NCBI GenBank assembly: GCA_030141605.1
Contig: JAQGDQ010000052.1
Coordinates: 434,001 to 498,000, forward strand
Origin: Tubiluchus corallicola
Taxonomy: Eukaryota > Animalia > Priapulida
DNA length: 64,000 bases
Reading direction: 5' to 3'
The notes below the pieces were generated by a model. The model saw nothing but the letters and a program-made list of their open reading frames with translations, was not told the DNA's origin and ran no database searches. Positions 51,299-63,328 of this stretch are shown here, piece by piece. The translations under genes were made by a program, and so were the position numbers. Position 1 is the first letter of the stretch. Every line of letters begins with the position of its first letter.

Positions 51299-54271
51299 GT
51301 GTGCGTGAGCTAAAATTTATATTGTATTATGCATTTAACCATTTTACATCTCTTTTCAAACTGACAAGATTGTCATCTGAAGACGATCACTATAGTTTTT
51401 ACACTGTGTTACAGAGAAATCTATGCATGCTACATTACTTTACAGAATTTTCGGCAAATTGCGAAATCTCTAAAAACCATTCATCAGCGAACATGGAGGT
51501 TTACACACCACGTGCGTGCTTCATTAAAGAAGGAAAAGGGAAAGCTTCAAAACTATCTGAGCGGATTAAATCTGCTGATTAAGCCAAACCAAACTGAATT
51601 AGTATACCACACTGTATCACAATTACGTCACAAATATAAAATATCTATAAAAAACAAAAAGAAAAATACGTCCGCTTTTTACGTAGTAGATAGAAGCATT
51701 AAAAATACGATCATAGCTTTAAAAAGCTGCATAACTTCCAAAAGAGAATAAATCATTAACAACTTACGAAAAAATAATAAAGAAGACCACAAACCTTGCC
51801 TTGAAGAATAAATGAAAATAAGTTAGTTAGCAAATAAGAAAATAAATTAAAGAAGACAAACGCAAGTTTCGCTTACCGCTTTGTTTCGAATTGAAAACGC
51901 TTTTCAAACAAAATGTCTTTAGCATGGAAATTTCAGCCTTACGTGATAGTCGTCTATTTTGCCTCCTGAAAGATATTGCACAGTTGTTTACAAAAACGAC
52001 CGTTGTTGTGAGTTTGGTAAGAACTTCCTTTTTTCAAAAACTCAAGCTGGCTAGTATGTAAGTGTCTGATTTAGCAACACGCGCAGCTTATTCTTTCAAT
52101 AGATTATGAAAGATAAAATGTTTTCTTAATGACGATGCAGCAGAGCATACTCTGATGATGCGAACAGGTTTCAAAGTACGGCCGGGTAAGCAACGAGTTT
52201 TATCGATATTGCCGAAGCTCGAATTCGCCGTGAGCCAAGAAGCCAACAGGCATGACAGGATGCACCTCTGCGCAGCTTGCAATGAAGAAGCCTGATTCTG
52301 TGCACCTCGAAAGAGAAACCTTCATAACTCTAGTATAATAATAGAGGCCATGAAACTCTAGGGGTGTTACATGCACTTACTTTGGCACGTACCGCAACTA
52401 AACCGCTGCAATTCCAATGTCACAGATAAGTCGCACTTACTCTTGGCATTTCTAACTTAACAGCATGGTTGACTCATGCGACACATTTTAAAGTGACACA
52501 CCATGACAAAGCACACGTAACCTAAGCAACTCTAGTAGTTTGACACTGACACGTGTATACCATGCAGCTTTAGTTCCACTGTTCAGTCACACATGCCTTG
52601 AACAACTCAAAGTTCCTTCAAGACGTTTGAAGAGGTTTTGGTACAACTCTAACGCGATGGATGATTTAATGTAGCGGCAAAGTCACATTCGGCCTAGGCA
52701 CCTAACAGATTAAGGAACGTGTACGCGCTATGTAACTCTAACGCCTTTGAAAGTCACAAGGATGATCAGGAACTCTATAGCACACATAGTCACATGCATA
52801 CTTACTTTATGTATAAAACAATTCTGGCACCGGCGCTTGCGTTTCTCTAAAGGCAATGCAGTGCAGGCGAGGATCTTTAGAAATGGTATCGTTCTTCATA
52901 GTAAATGCAAAAAGCAGTATCTGTCATAATATTGCTTGACGTCCAGTGAAACTTACGCAACGCCATCGGCTCTAAATACTTGACGGCCAAATGTTACTGC
53001 AGAAGTCGAATCAGGCATTTTAATTCTAGCTTGCAGTAATGCATTTTTATGGCATTTTGTGGTGACATTTTGTAATTACTTAGACGTTGCACATTCGCAG
53101 CACCTTCTAAGAGCATTAGTTTTTCTGTCGCCCAGAAAGCCGGACTAAAGAAATTGAGAGAAATTGTACTGTCAGAATGAGTAAGGTAGTGAATCACGCT
53201 TAGAATCATTCTTCCGAAATACATTTAGTTGTGAACTTTGCAACTGAGTACCTAAAGTGTCTAATCTCTTGAAAAAACCTTCCGAAATCACGTGGCTAAC
53301 ACTCGAGAAAGAGACGTCCTTGCATTACAAGGTTTAGAAGCTGTTAGGACTTCGAGGTCTATTTTTTCTGGACCTCACCAGAATTACTTATGTTACTCAG
53401 CTCAAAAGCGCCACCTGGCAGCATGGAGACGCGGTGGCGGTAGTCCAATCAATTTTTCAACCATGTGCTATGCAGCTGCCACCTGTAAACGTTTACTAGG
53501 CACATGTTGGTATCATGCTTAAAACTTATGACAATAAAATCAACATTTTCAACTTTGGGAAACAGTAACTCTTAAAGAGAGCCATTTTGAATCACGTGGT
53601 TGACACAAAATAAAACTGTCCTTGTGCTACTAGTGGTAAAGAGTTGGTCTTTTTTAAGATCTTAAATATGATTGAAATTTCTGACAGTGTACAGTACTGT
53701 CATAGTGAGGGTTTTCTTTTCGCTGTTGCCAAATAATGCAGGTGACGTCTTATTTGCAGTCAGTAACGTCCGCCATACTGGCTATCGACAGGCAAAATTT
53801 CGTGTTTATAGGCTCTGTGGTTCTAGAATTATAGTCAAAACAATGTCCATGATGGTCCTGCCTCTGTCGTCTAGCCAGGAATCTTTTCCACAGTGTGACG
53901 CTCAAGCTTCTTATAGGCCAGGTTACGTAACTAATTCCTAAACCGTATAATTGTATACGGTAATACGTATAAACCGTATATTTTCAATTTTCATAAAAAA
54001 ATTTAGTTGAACTGTTTGATGATATACCTGCCTTGAAAACCGATTTTACCTGTATGTTCAGTATCATCGTTTCATGCATTACTATATCATGTGATTGAAG
54101 CCAAGCAGACGAAATTTTTGCCTGTTGAGTGCGTCCAGGTAATCCGCTCTAAGTTGTCGAGTTATGCAGACGTTGTCGTGTCTTGACGATGGTCTAGTAG
54201 TTATAGGGTTTTCTTGCAGAAAAGAAATCTGTCAGCATGATGTATGACATAGATGATAGCTGCTTGTTAAC

Positions 54272-54351
54272 GATGATATTTACCTGTTACCGAGGCTACT
54301 TACCTGATGCTGATGATATTTATCTGACACTGGTGGTACTTACCTGTTACT
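54272..54351. repeat. 20-bp minisatellite, 4 copies
   Basis: GATGATATTTACCTGTTACC / GAGGCTACTTACCTGATGCT / GATGATATTTATCTGACACT / GGTGGTACTTACCTGTTACT. Confidence 0.8.
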
Positions 54352-55389
54352 GAGGAGTATGATGTATGATGTGTTGTACACCCCCGCACGACTTACCCCT
54401 GTTAACCCAGCGTTTAAAGGAAACCCAAGTCGAAAAGAACGGTAACGACATTAGCCAAGAAAATCGGCCGTAGCATGGCAAGCTTGTAGCAGTGGCGGCC
54501 GTGTGGCACATCATTGAGTAGAGAATTGATAGGAAAATCACCACTGGGCGCCATCGTGCCAGGTGGCGCTTTTTGTAGGAGGAGTGGTTTATCAAAAACG
54601 GACATATTTTGACGGGCCATAATTCGAGCTGGTCAACGGATCACAACCCGAAATTGTAAGCTAACATGGTCCTCTATCCTAGCTACAACCACACGAAATC
54701 TGGAGTAGCACTGTGCAGTTTTTGAGTTATTCCAAAAAGATGCGTATCTTGTAAACTAAGCATCGTAGAGCAAAAATTTTACCAAATTCTGAATGCTCAC
54801 ATTTTCGGTAACTAACACCTTACTTATCGCCATTTTGTGGTTAAATGATATTTGACTCGCAACTGCGACATAGTACATCTTATTCTACATTTCTGTGCGA
54901 ATCGAATGATATACGCACGCCTCTGTACGACTTATGGCTTCCGTTCATAAAGCGTTTAAATGAAATCATGTCGATTACTAATGGTCAATAGAGACTTCTA
55001 GGTTAGTTAAGTTTTTAGCGTTAATCGCCATAGACTGGCGAAAAGTTCGGCAAGCGAAAAAATATGCTGGCAAAACAGGCAATACTGGCAAAGTAGTCAA
55101 CCATGCCTGGTATTCCTCGTGCTCATTTCGAACGGATCTAAAGTTAGCATTCGGTACACTACGTACACCCAGCTCTTACTTTTACTGAATTTAGGTAGTT
55201 TCCCTGAACAATGTTTTGAATTTAGCATACTGAGCATTTCGTTGGTTTACCGTTTGTTTAGCACTGTTTAACTCGTCTTCACTAGGCTGCCTGGATATTT
55301 TTAAAATATACCAACTCTCCTGTTCTAAGTTCTCTAAATTCATAACACTGTTTCCAGTTATTGAACCAAGCAACTGTACGATATCTTTA

Positions 55390-57527
55390 CCTTAGTGTAC
55401 AGACATTTCGACACAAGACATTTGGACACATAAGTCATTTGGACCCAAGACACTTTGGACATAAGGCTATTTCGACACATTTGTCATTCGGACACAAAAC
55501 ATTTCGACACAAGGACATTTCAACACATAGGACAGTTCGACACAGGGACATTTGGACACAACGGTATTTGGACACATAGGACATTCATTTCGACACATAG
55601 GACAGTTCGACACAGGGACATTTGGACACAACGGTATTTGGACACATAGGACATTCATTTCGACACATAGGACAGTTCGACACAGGGACATTTGGACACC
55701 ACGGTATTTGGACACATAGGACATTTAGAGACGTAGGTAACTTAAATTCAATAACTGTTTAGACACAAAAGGTAGCATTTGGATTTTAGATTCAACATGA
55801 TATATTTAGATATTAACAAATCTATACCTATATCCATACTACAGTTCGCAAAGGTTTTATGCTTTGTTACAATTTTTATTAAACTTTATTTCAAAACCTA
55901 TGAAAATTAATTGAATTTGAAGTGATTACAAATTACTTTGAGAAAGCAATTTTACGCTAAAAGCAAATAAAAGCAACTCTAAAAGCAAGAATTTTCTAAG
56001 TAAAGTATTTTTTCCAAAACCAAACTTAAAAAGATTTGTGAACGAAGAGAGAGATAGAGATAGACAGACAGAAAAGGAGAGGAGAGGAAAAGAGAGAGAG
56101 GATGAGAGGGGCAAGAAAGGAGGGATGTAAAGATTGAGTAGCAAACAGAGAACGAGAAATCGAAGGCTATATCCTACTAAAATAACAGATTTAGCAATCC
56201 GTGATTCGTAATTTTTCTATTAAAAGATTTTTCTATTAACTGTTTTCTTTGCGTGAATAGAGTTTTCTACGAAAAATAATTTCTGGGAAAAAATTCTAGC
56301 AAATTATTTTTTGTGAATTTGTTTTCTGGGATACTTTTTTCTGCAAAAAAAATTCTGAAAAACTGGCCCAAAACCCGGCAAGGCCTACTGTGAAAAGTTG
56401 TTGGACTGGAACTTGATTTACAATTAACAATACTCATCTAGGATGAGACACACTACCCAGTTTCACTGGTACCGTGCTGCGTACACTCGGTAATACAAGT
56501 TCTTCATACCTCAGTGTCAGAAGTAGTCAGGCCAGTTCACCAAATAAAATACTTGAATTCAAATTTCAAAGTCTTCACCCATCCACACTCTGTCTAATGT
56601 CATTGTTGCTTAATTATGATAATGAACCACATGCCATGACCACTCATTTATTTTTCTCTTCACCGTCCCTAATTATAAAGCAGTTCTCTTTCATTTTACT
56701 CAGCAAGCCGGGTGTTCTGAACATTTTGCTTTTAGGTGGTCACTTCCTTTTTGGCATAGAGCAGGTGTTGTGGTTCATATTTTTAGTTTAGCAGAACCTC
56801 TTGAAAATGGCACAAAAGCGTGTAGTTCAATAGCTTCCTTGGAAACAATTTATGTGGCTACTCTTCTGAGAACTGATCAATAAACGATCACTAATTGACC
56901 AAAACAATAAACATTCCTGATTTTGATATATCTGGAGTGACTGTACTGCCTCCTCAATACGTTGTACTGGTTCCTCTGAGAGTACTGCCACCTCCTCCTA
57001 ATTTCTACGTGTGAAAGTGTCAAAATCATGCAGTACTCGTCCTGTACTCTTTCAGGTTTTATTATAGCTGCTCTAACGAAGTGGGCAACTATAGAATGAT
57101 AATGGTGCTTTCTATATCTGTCTATCTGTGTGCATTGCGCCAGCTCTTTTAAGCCCTGGGTGGTCTAAGAAGTTGATAACTTGACATACTAGTAGAGCGA
57201 AGCGAACTAATTTTTGGGTGACCTGCACAAATTAGGATTTTTTTATTAATTTTAAATTTTGGCGTGTAACAACTCACGCTGCAATCTGTCTCCCAAACAA
57301 ATGTATTTTGACACATTACTCATTAGCAAGAAGTGAAATAACAAAAAAATTATCTACGTGTCCAAATGCCATATGTGCCCAAATATCCTTGTGTCCAAAT
57401 GTCCTATGTGTCCAAATATCCTTGTGTCCAAATGTCATATGTGTCCAAATATCCTTGTTTCCAAATGTCATATGTGTCGAAATAGCCTGTGTCGAAAGTC
57501 CTTGTGTTGAAAATGCCTAGCACCCTT
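55390..57527. mobile_element. Foldback-like non-autonomous DNA transposon with tandem-repeat inverted arms
   Basis: Left array 55401-55726 (GACATTTGGACAC/TTTCGACAC units, 70-bp higher-order period) and an inverted right array 57358-57513 (GTGTCCAAATGTC units, 33-bp period). Exact ends uncertain. Confidence 0.6.
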
Positions 57528-57599
57528 TATCTTTATGAGGTTTTGGCTAGCCATACCTCTCTATGTTTCTCTTGTACATGATATACAATACTCTACGGG

Positions 57600-58330
57600 G
57601 AACGAATTTTTTTAGGCAAAGCAGGGCGAACGAAAGATTTTGTGCATCCATACTGCATTGTCTTTTCTTCAAAGTACATGTTTGTTTGACAACCGTAGGT
57701 GACGATCTTTACTTGACAGAAGCAATCCTTTTAATTTCTAGATGCTATTCTTTTAACACTTTCCAGAGCAAAATTCTTATCACCCGTCACATGCTGTCCA
57801 AGAGCTTCCACACCCTTTTCATCTGATAACTCATTATCAGAGGGCACATTTTCCACAAAGACTGTCCTAGCCTGGAGAAAAGATAACTGGCGAAGTGGGT
57901 GATTCCAATTTATTCCAACATATTTATATTGTTTTAAAACAGTTTCGATTTCGGTTGGAAATTGGTAATGTTTGTCAGTAGGCATTGTCCCTGACTTATT
58001 GAAAATATTTTTTTAGTTTTAACTGTGTTAACTTTTAAGTTCCACTTGTTACAGTATGTAGACAGATTGTGTAGGGAATGTAAACGTATTTCTGCTTTGG
58101 ATAGGCGAACAATATCCTGTGCAACGTTAGGAAACTAATTTTTAATTCGTTCAAGCAAACTGGGTCATTAGCGTCCACACAGCTTTTAAGTTTTGAAACA
58201 AATCGAAAGAAAGGAAATGTGAAAGGTTGTGACGGGTTGGATTTGAATCTCCTATATGATAATTTCTGCATTGATGGGCTTAATTTCCATATATTGGCCT
58301 CCCGGTCATTGCAGCATTTCCAATTGCAAG
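57600..58330 (-). pseudogene. Decayed LINE RT fragment (RTE-X-like)
   Basis: Frameshifted minus translation NDPVCLNELKISFL / AQDIVRLSKAE / LHNLSTYCNKWNLKVNTVKTK / IFNKSG..QYKYVGI matches YADDIVLLS..L..YC.KW.L.VN..KTK..YKYLG. Confidence 0.7.
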
Positions 58331-59604
58331 TTTATTCAAGCAAGAGTTATTGCGAACTATGAACATTAATTATTTTACAAAATATCGTTTACCCTTTTGC
58401 AATCTGTAAAGCTAGAATTTGCATTTTTATAGTGTCATTGAATTTGTGTTACGAACCTGTTTTGTTATGTGCATATTATTGTATTTTTGATACTTTGTAA
58501 TTTTATACAAATTAATAAAAAACTTTGATGATTAATTCTGCATGGTTAACAAGTATTTTGGCTGAATATCTGAAATCATTTTATTTTGTTTCAGATTTGT
58601 TAAAACGGCTGTTTAGCAGCTGTATTTTAAACTTTGTTGTAAATTTACCTCTGTATCATTCTTAGCTACTTTTGTTTTTTGGAATCCATAAACATAAAAC
58701 AAAATAAAAAAATCTATATAGATTTTAGCAACGCTTACTCTACAAATGTTGAGACTCACTTTTGTTTGTCTTTGAATCCGTTTCTGTGTTCCAGGTACTT
58801 TTAAACGTGTGCCTCGATTGAGTTTGTACATGCTTATGTGTTTAGCCTATCAATTTGACGCATGCGTGCACATTTCGTAAAAGAAAGGCAATTCAAACTC
58901 TACGATGACAATTCAAACTTCGAAGCAGGTTTCTCGCGAAGAATTTCGAAACTATGCTGTACTTCAAGCTGTACCCATCTTATGTACATTGCGTTTGTAC
59001 CATGAAACTTAAGCATCAATTGTGCATGAAAATTTTATTCATAGTGACAGTGTTTACAAATGCGGTGGGTTTATTAGGCATTTTGAGTGGTAATGTGGAA
59101 ATTATTTTGTCGGACAGTTTTTTGTCAGTTTTACAGCAAAAACAGAATGTTTACTTTTTACCTAATGTGCGCGAAGCATTTGATATGCGAAGGTGAGAAA
59201 ATATTTTTATTTCAAATTGCATTGCGTGACTACCGCTGAGGGCTGTTTTATAAAATAAACACAACAGTGATGTAGCTTTCACTTTTTATTTTCCAAACTT
59301 ATTTTTATCATAGTCTTTTTGTTGCGAATTATTTATGTAGGTCTATAGTTGTTTGCTTTAAACGCTTAGGTCAATTTGTTGGTTCGCTCGCCTTTAGTGT
59401 GATATACTACTTGATAATCAAAATGTTAAAGATGTCGTAGAACATACATGCATACACCATTTTAGTAATGTAGCAAGACCCTATTAAAATATGATTCTAC
59501 ATTAATTGCTGGTTCTGTTTAAGCTGCCTAAACTCATTTTTCTTAACTTTTCATTTTGTTTTTTTTTTCTTTTTCACATTATTTACATTGTATGGTTTAT
59601 TTTG

Positions 59605-61075
59605 CAGATTGATTAAACTGGCTAAGACTCTATTTTATCATTGCAAAATTTAACGCAACTACATACTTAATATTAATACAACAGTCTTAAACAAACATGC
59701 ACCTGAAAAAATATTATCTAGAAAAGAAAAAATAACATTTCTATTTTCTTTAATTTATTTTTTATTATTAAACGCTTACACGTTTAATGACTTGCACGTG
59801 GAATATTGAATTCTCTGAAAACCCTTATCAACATGTATAGAACTCACAAACTTTCCAATTTTCTATTAAAAAGAAATCAGTATAAACAATACTCTAATAA
59901 ATTAAATCACATCAAAGCACATACTAAGAAAAAGTACTATAATAATCTCCTCGGTCAAAATAATATGCACAAAGTCTGGTCATCTTTGACTGAAATTCTG
60001 AGAAACAAAAAGAAATGTGGCGTTGTGCAAATAAGTTGTGACCTTGTAAGTATTGCTAAGTAAACGATTTCTTCACATCTGCTGGAAATGAACTGGCAAG
60101 TAAAATTACAGCCTCTGTGAGTCCAATGAAATATATGGGACAACCTAATCCCAGTAATATCACTATAGACACTGTTTTAGAGCATGAGGTTTTCACACTG
60201 ATCTCTGAGCTAAATGCATCCAAATCATCATTCAAATCGGATCTGAAAATGTGCCAGTTAAATACTATAAACTAAGCAATAACATTATTTCTCCTGTACT
60301 AGCTAAACTAATAAATATGTCAGTAATTCAAGGAACCTTTCCAGATGCATTGACGTTGGCTAAAATTACACCCATCTATCCCGGACAAACCTATCAAATA
60401 TAAACCAATATATCTTTACTGTCCCCTATTAGTAAAATTTTCGGATCAGTTATTTTTTCTAGGTTCTCTAATTTCTTTAATTCTTCTAATATTTTAAGTG
60501 AATATCAATTTGGATTTCGACAAGATTATTCAACTATGCTAACTGCAGCTGAAATAACTGACGTATACGTAATGATTATTTAGATAAAACTTTAATCACC
60601 TGTGGCATATTTCTTGACCTCACAAAAGCTTTTGACACTGTCCAGCATATTATACTGCTAAATAAACTTGAACGTTATGGCATAAAAAGCACAATCTTGC
60701 AGTTACTAAGTCCTTATTTGCATAATAGAAGACAATTCACTTGCATAAACAATACCAATCCTGACATTTCCCCAGTTTCCTGTGGCATTTTGCAAGGTTC
60801 CACCTTAGGCCCACTTTATTTCTAATTTATATAAATGACCTGGCAAATTGTTCACATTTTTAAACAAGATCCTTTGCAGATGATACAAACTTATTCTTAC
60901 ATGACTCTAACCTTACACAACTACAATACCGTATCAACGATGAGCTCCACAAAATTAATTCCTGGATGACAGCTAATAAGCTTACAGTCAACTACACTAA
61001 GAGAAAGTACATGCTAATACCAGGAAACTCGTCAGATTTAAATAATGACCATTTTAGTATTTACATGAGCGACTG
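59605..61075 (+). pseudogene. Decayed CR1/L2-group LINE ORF2 (reverse transcriptase)
   Basis: VLNKHAPEK, YKQYSNKL..KKKYY, NDFFTS, GTFPDAL..AKITPIY, QFGFRQDYST, FLDLTKAFDTV, YLHNRRQF, QGSTLGP, LIYINDL and FADDT (60873-60887). Multiple frameshifts and stops. Confidence 0.9.
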
Positions 61076-63328
61076 TAATTCTATAATTATGTTTCTCTGC
61101 TTTGTTTACTTGCATTTGCATTTGCACTTCTACTAATTATTGCTCATAATTTGGTGTACCATAGTATGCTACCATAATACAGTGTTCGGTAACATAAACT
61201 GCCACTACTGTCAGCTCTTTTATTTTGTTTAATTTTAGTTGATCATAATGTCCGTTATATTTTGTTCCTTCATAATTAGCTCTGCATGGTTTGTTTTGTT
61301 CAATTGCTGATGCTTGTTTGCTTGAGCAAATTGATAATCATATTTTTGCTTTAATTACATTTTGTTTTCCTGATTGCTTGGAGTTCATAACTTACTTTTA
61401 TGCTTGATTTAGTTTGTTTGTAATTAGACTGATTCGTTTTATTTCATTTGATTGCATAATAAGCATTTAAAGTACGCTAACATTCCTAAAATAAGTTAGC
61501 TCAGTTTAAAACGTACAGAGGCCTATGTTTTCTGGAGATGGAAAATACGAAAATTTTATTTAGAATAAGGAGGATTAAAATAAACCCTAGGTTCTGAATT
61601 CGCTTTTTCATAAACGACTGGATTAGTTGTAGAGCGACTGCAATCCGAAATGGCTTCATGAACTTTTTATCTCCTGAAGGCAAGAAAATGCCAGCTTTGT
61701 AATCTGACAGTTTATATAATCATGTCTTAATTAACTTACAGGCTGCAATATTCACATGCGAAGTACATTTAATAACGTTAGTCAATGAAACGTTAGACCT
61801 GTTCGCTTTTTTACCGCCTCAAAATTTGAGAGCATACTTAGATGAATGAAATAAATGTAAGCTTGTGTTATTTTTCTTTTTCACGAATATAGCCATCGTT
61901 GTTGCACTAATAAAACAAAAGACGTATAAGAAATGGTACCTCAGGCTTATCAGCATCTTGATTAGAGGGTCAATGCAGATTCTAAAGTTTAAATATTTCA
62001 TGTAATCGTGTCCTGCAGCAAAGCTATTGATTCATCGTAAGTCTCCCGGGTCATTCTAGTGTAACTGTAGAATTTCTCCCCCATCGTCTCTCACTCAGTG
62101 GCCATCTCACCTGGCCATAAAACGCTGCTGGCTTGGTGCAGTCAGTAGCTAATGCTGTCCTAATAATAATAACAAGCACTCAGTAAAAACATTAGTCTTA
62201 GCTATCCAGGATGGCGAGTAATAGCTACAAGCCTTATAATTCGCAAAGCAGCTGAAGCTTAGCTGGACGTGCATGAAAAACCACGCTGTTTCTGTGTGAA
62301 ATGAACTCTCTAGCTGTACGGGTTTTCGCGAAAAATTTGTTTAGGCTTGGTGAGGACTTTTCATTATTGTTTTCCTCGTGAGAAATTCTGCCGCCAGCTG
62401 CTAGGAGCTATGCGTCCTCTTCACTGAGGAATTTTGCCACTTGATAGAAATAGAGTATATTCCATCTTTAGGACTCCTTTCTCAGAATTTACGTAATTAT
62501 TATGTACCTATATTTTCAAACTGTGAAGTGCTTACTCATTAGTCTAAAAACGAAGGAAGTTTTTTATTGATTAGTTTGTATAAATTGCTACCTTCACAGC
62601 CACTGAATACTGAAGCTAGCTAGACACGATTAAAAAAACCCGTGTGGTTTCTATGTGAAAATTGAAATTGCTCCACAGTTATCGCGAAAAAAATTAATTT
62701 TCTGATTTTGTTTCTGACAGAGCCAGCCTATTCACAGTCCCAGTACGGCTCTCAATACCCCCCCCGCCATTAAATGGATTTGCCCTTGCTCATTGCAACG
62801 TTGTATTTCTTTGACACTAATGTATAAGTCAACCTGCTCCAACAATGCGTGTTCTACTTTTCTACCAAAAAGCTGATTCTCAGTGATTGTAAACGCTTCC
62901 CATGATTCTCTTATATGGAAATCTTAAAATTTTCAAAAATGAGCAAGTAGGACATGCGGGATGAAAGCACGTTAGTGCCTGTATTCTAGTTAACTCACAG
63001 TCGTCCAATTAAAATGATATATAGGTAGGTCTAAAGTGCTTGCAAATCTCACCTACCACAAATACTAGTGATCTGAAAACTAGTAATCTAGTGCGCTTTG
63101 AGAAAAATAGAATAAAGACCAAATAGACACTTAGGAAAGTTAAGAAGGTACAAAAAATTGGAATCCCTAGAAAAAGAGAGAGAAAGCCAAAGAGAAATTT
63201 TATTTTAACAATATTACAAATTAATATTATTTGATTAACAAATATAACATGATTTATTTGATTTAATATAATATGATTAAGGAAACACAAAATTTGAAAA
63301 GCTTGTAATTTTACTATTTTTATTATAG

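Noticed and set aside
54297-54346. Possible U1 snRNA gene
   Set aside because: Only TACTTACCTG matches. No U1 stem-loops or Sm site follow.
55401-55726. CRISPR-like appearance of the repeat array
   Set aside because: There are no unique spacers or cas genes, and the context is eukaryotic.
55361-57520. Cys/His-periodic ORFs at 55361-55724 and 57308-57520
   Set aside because: They are translations of the foldback tandem arrays, not genes.
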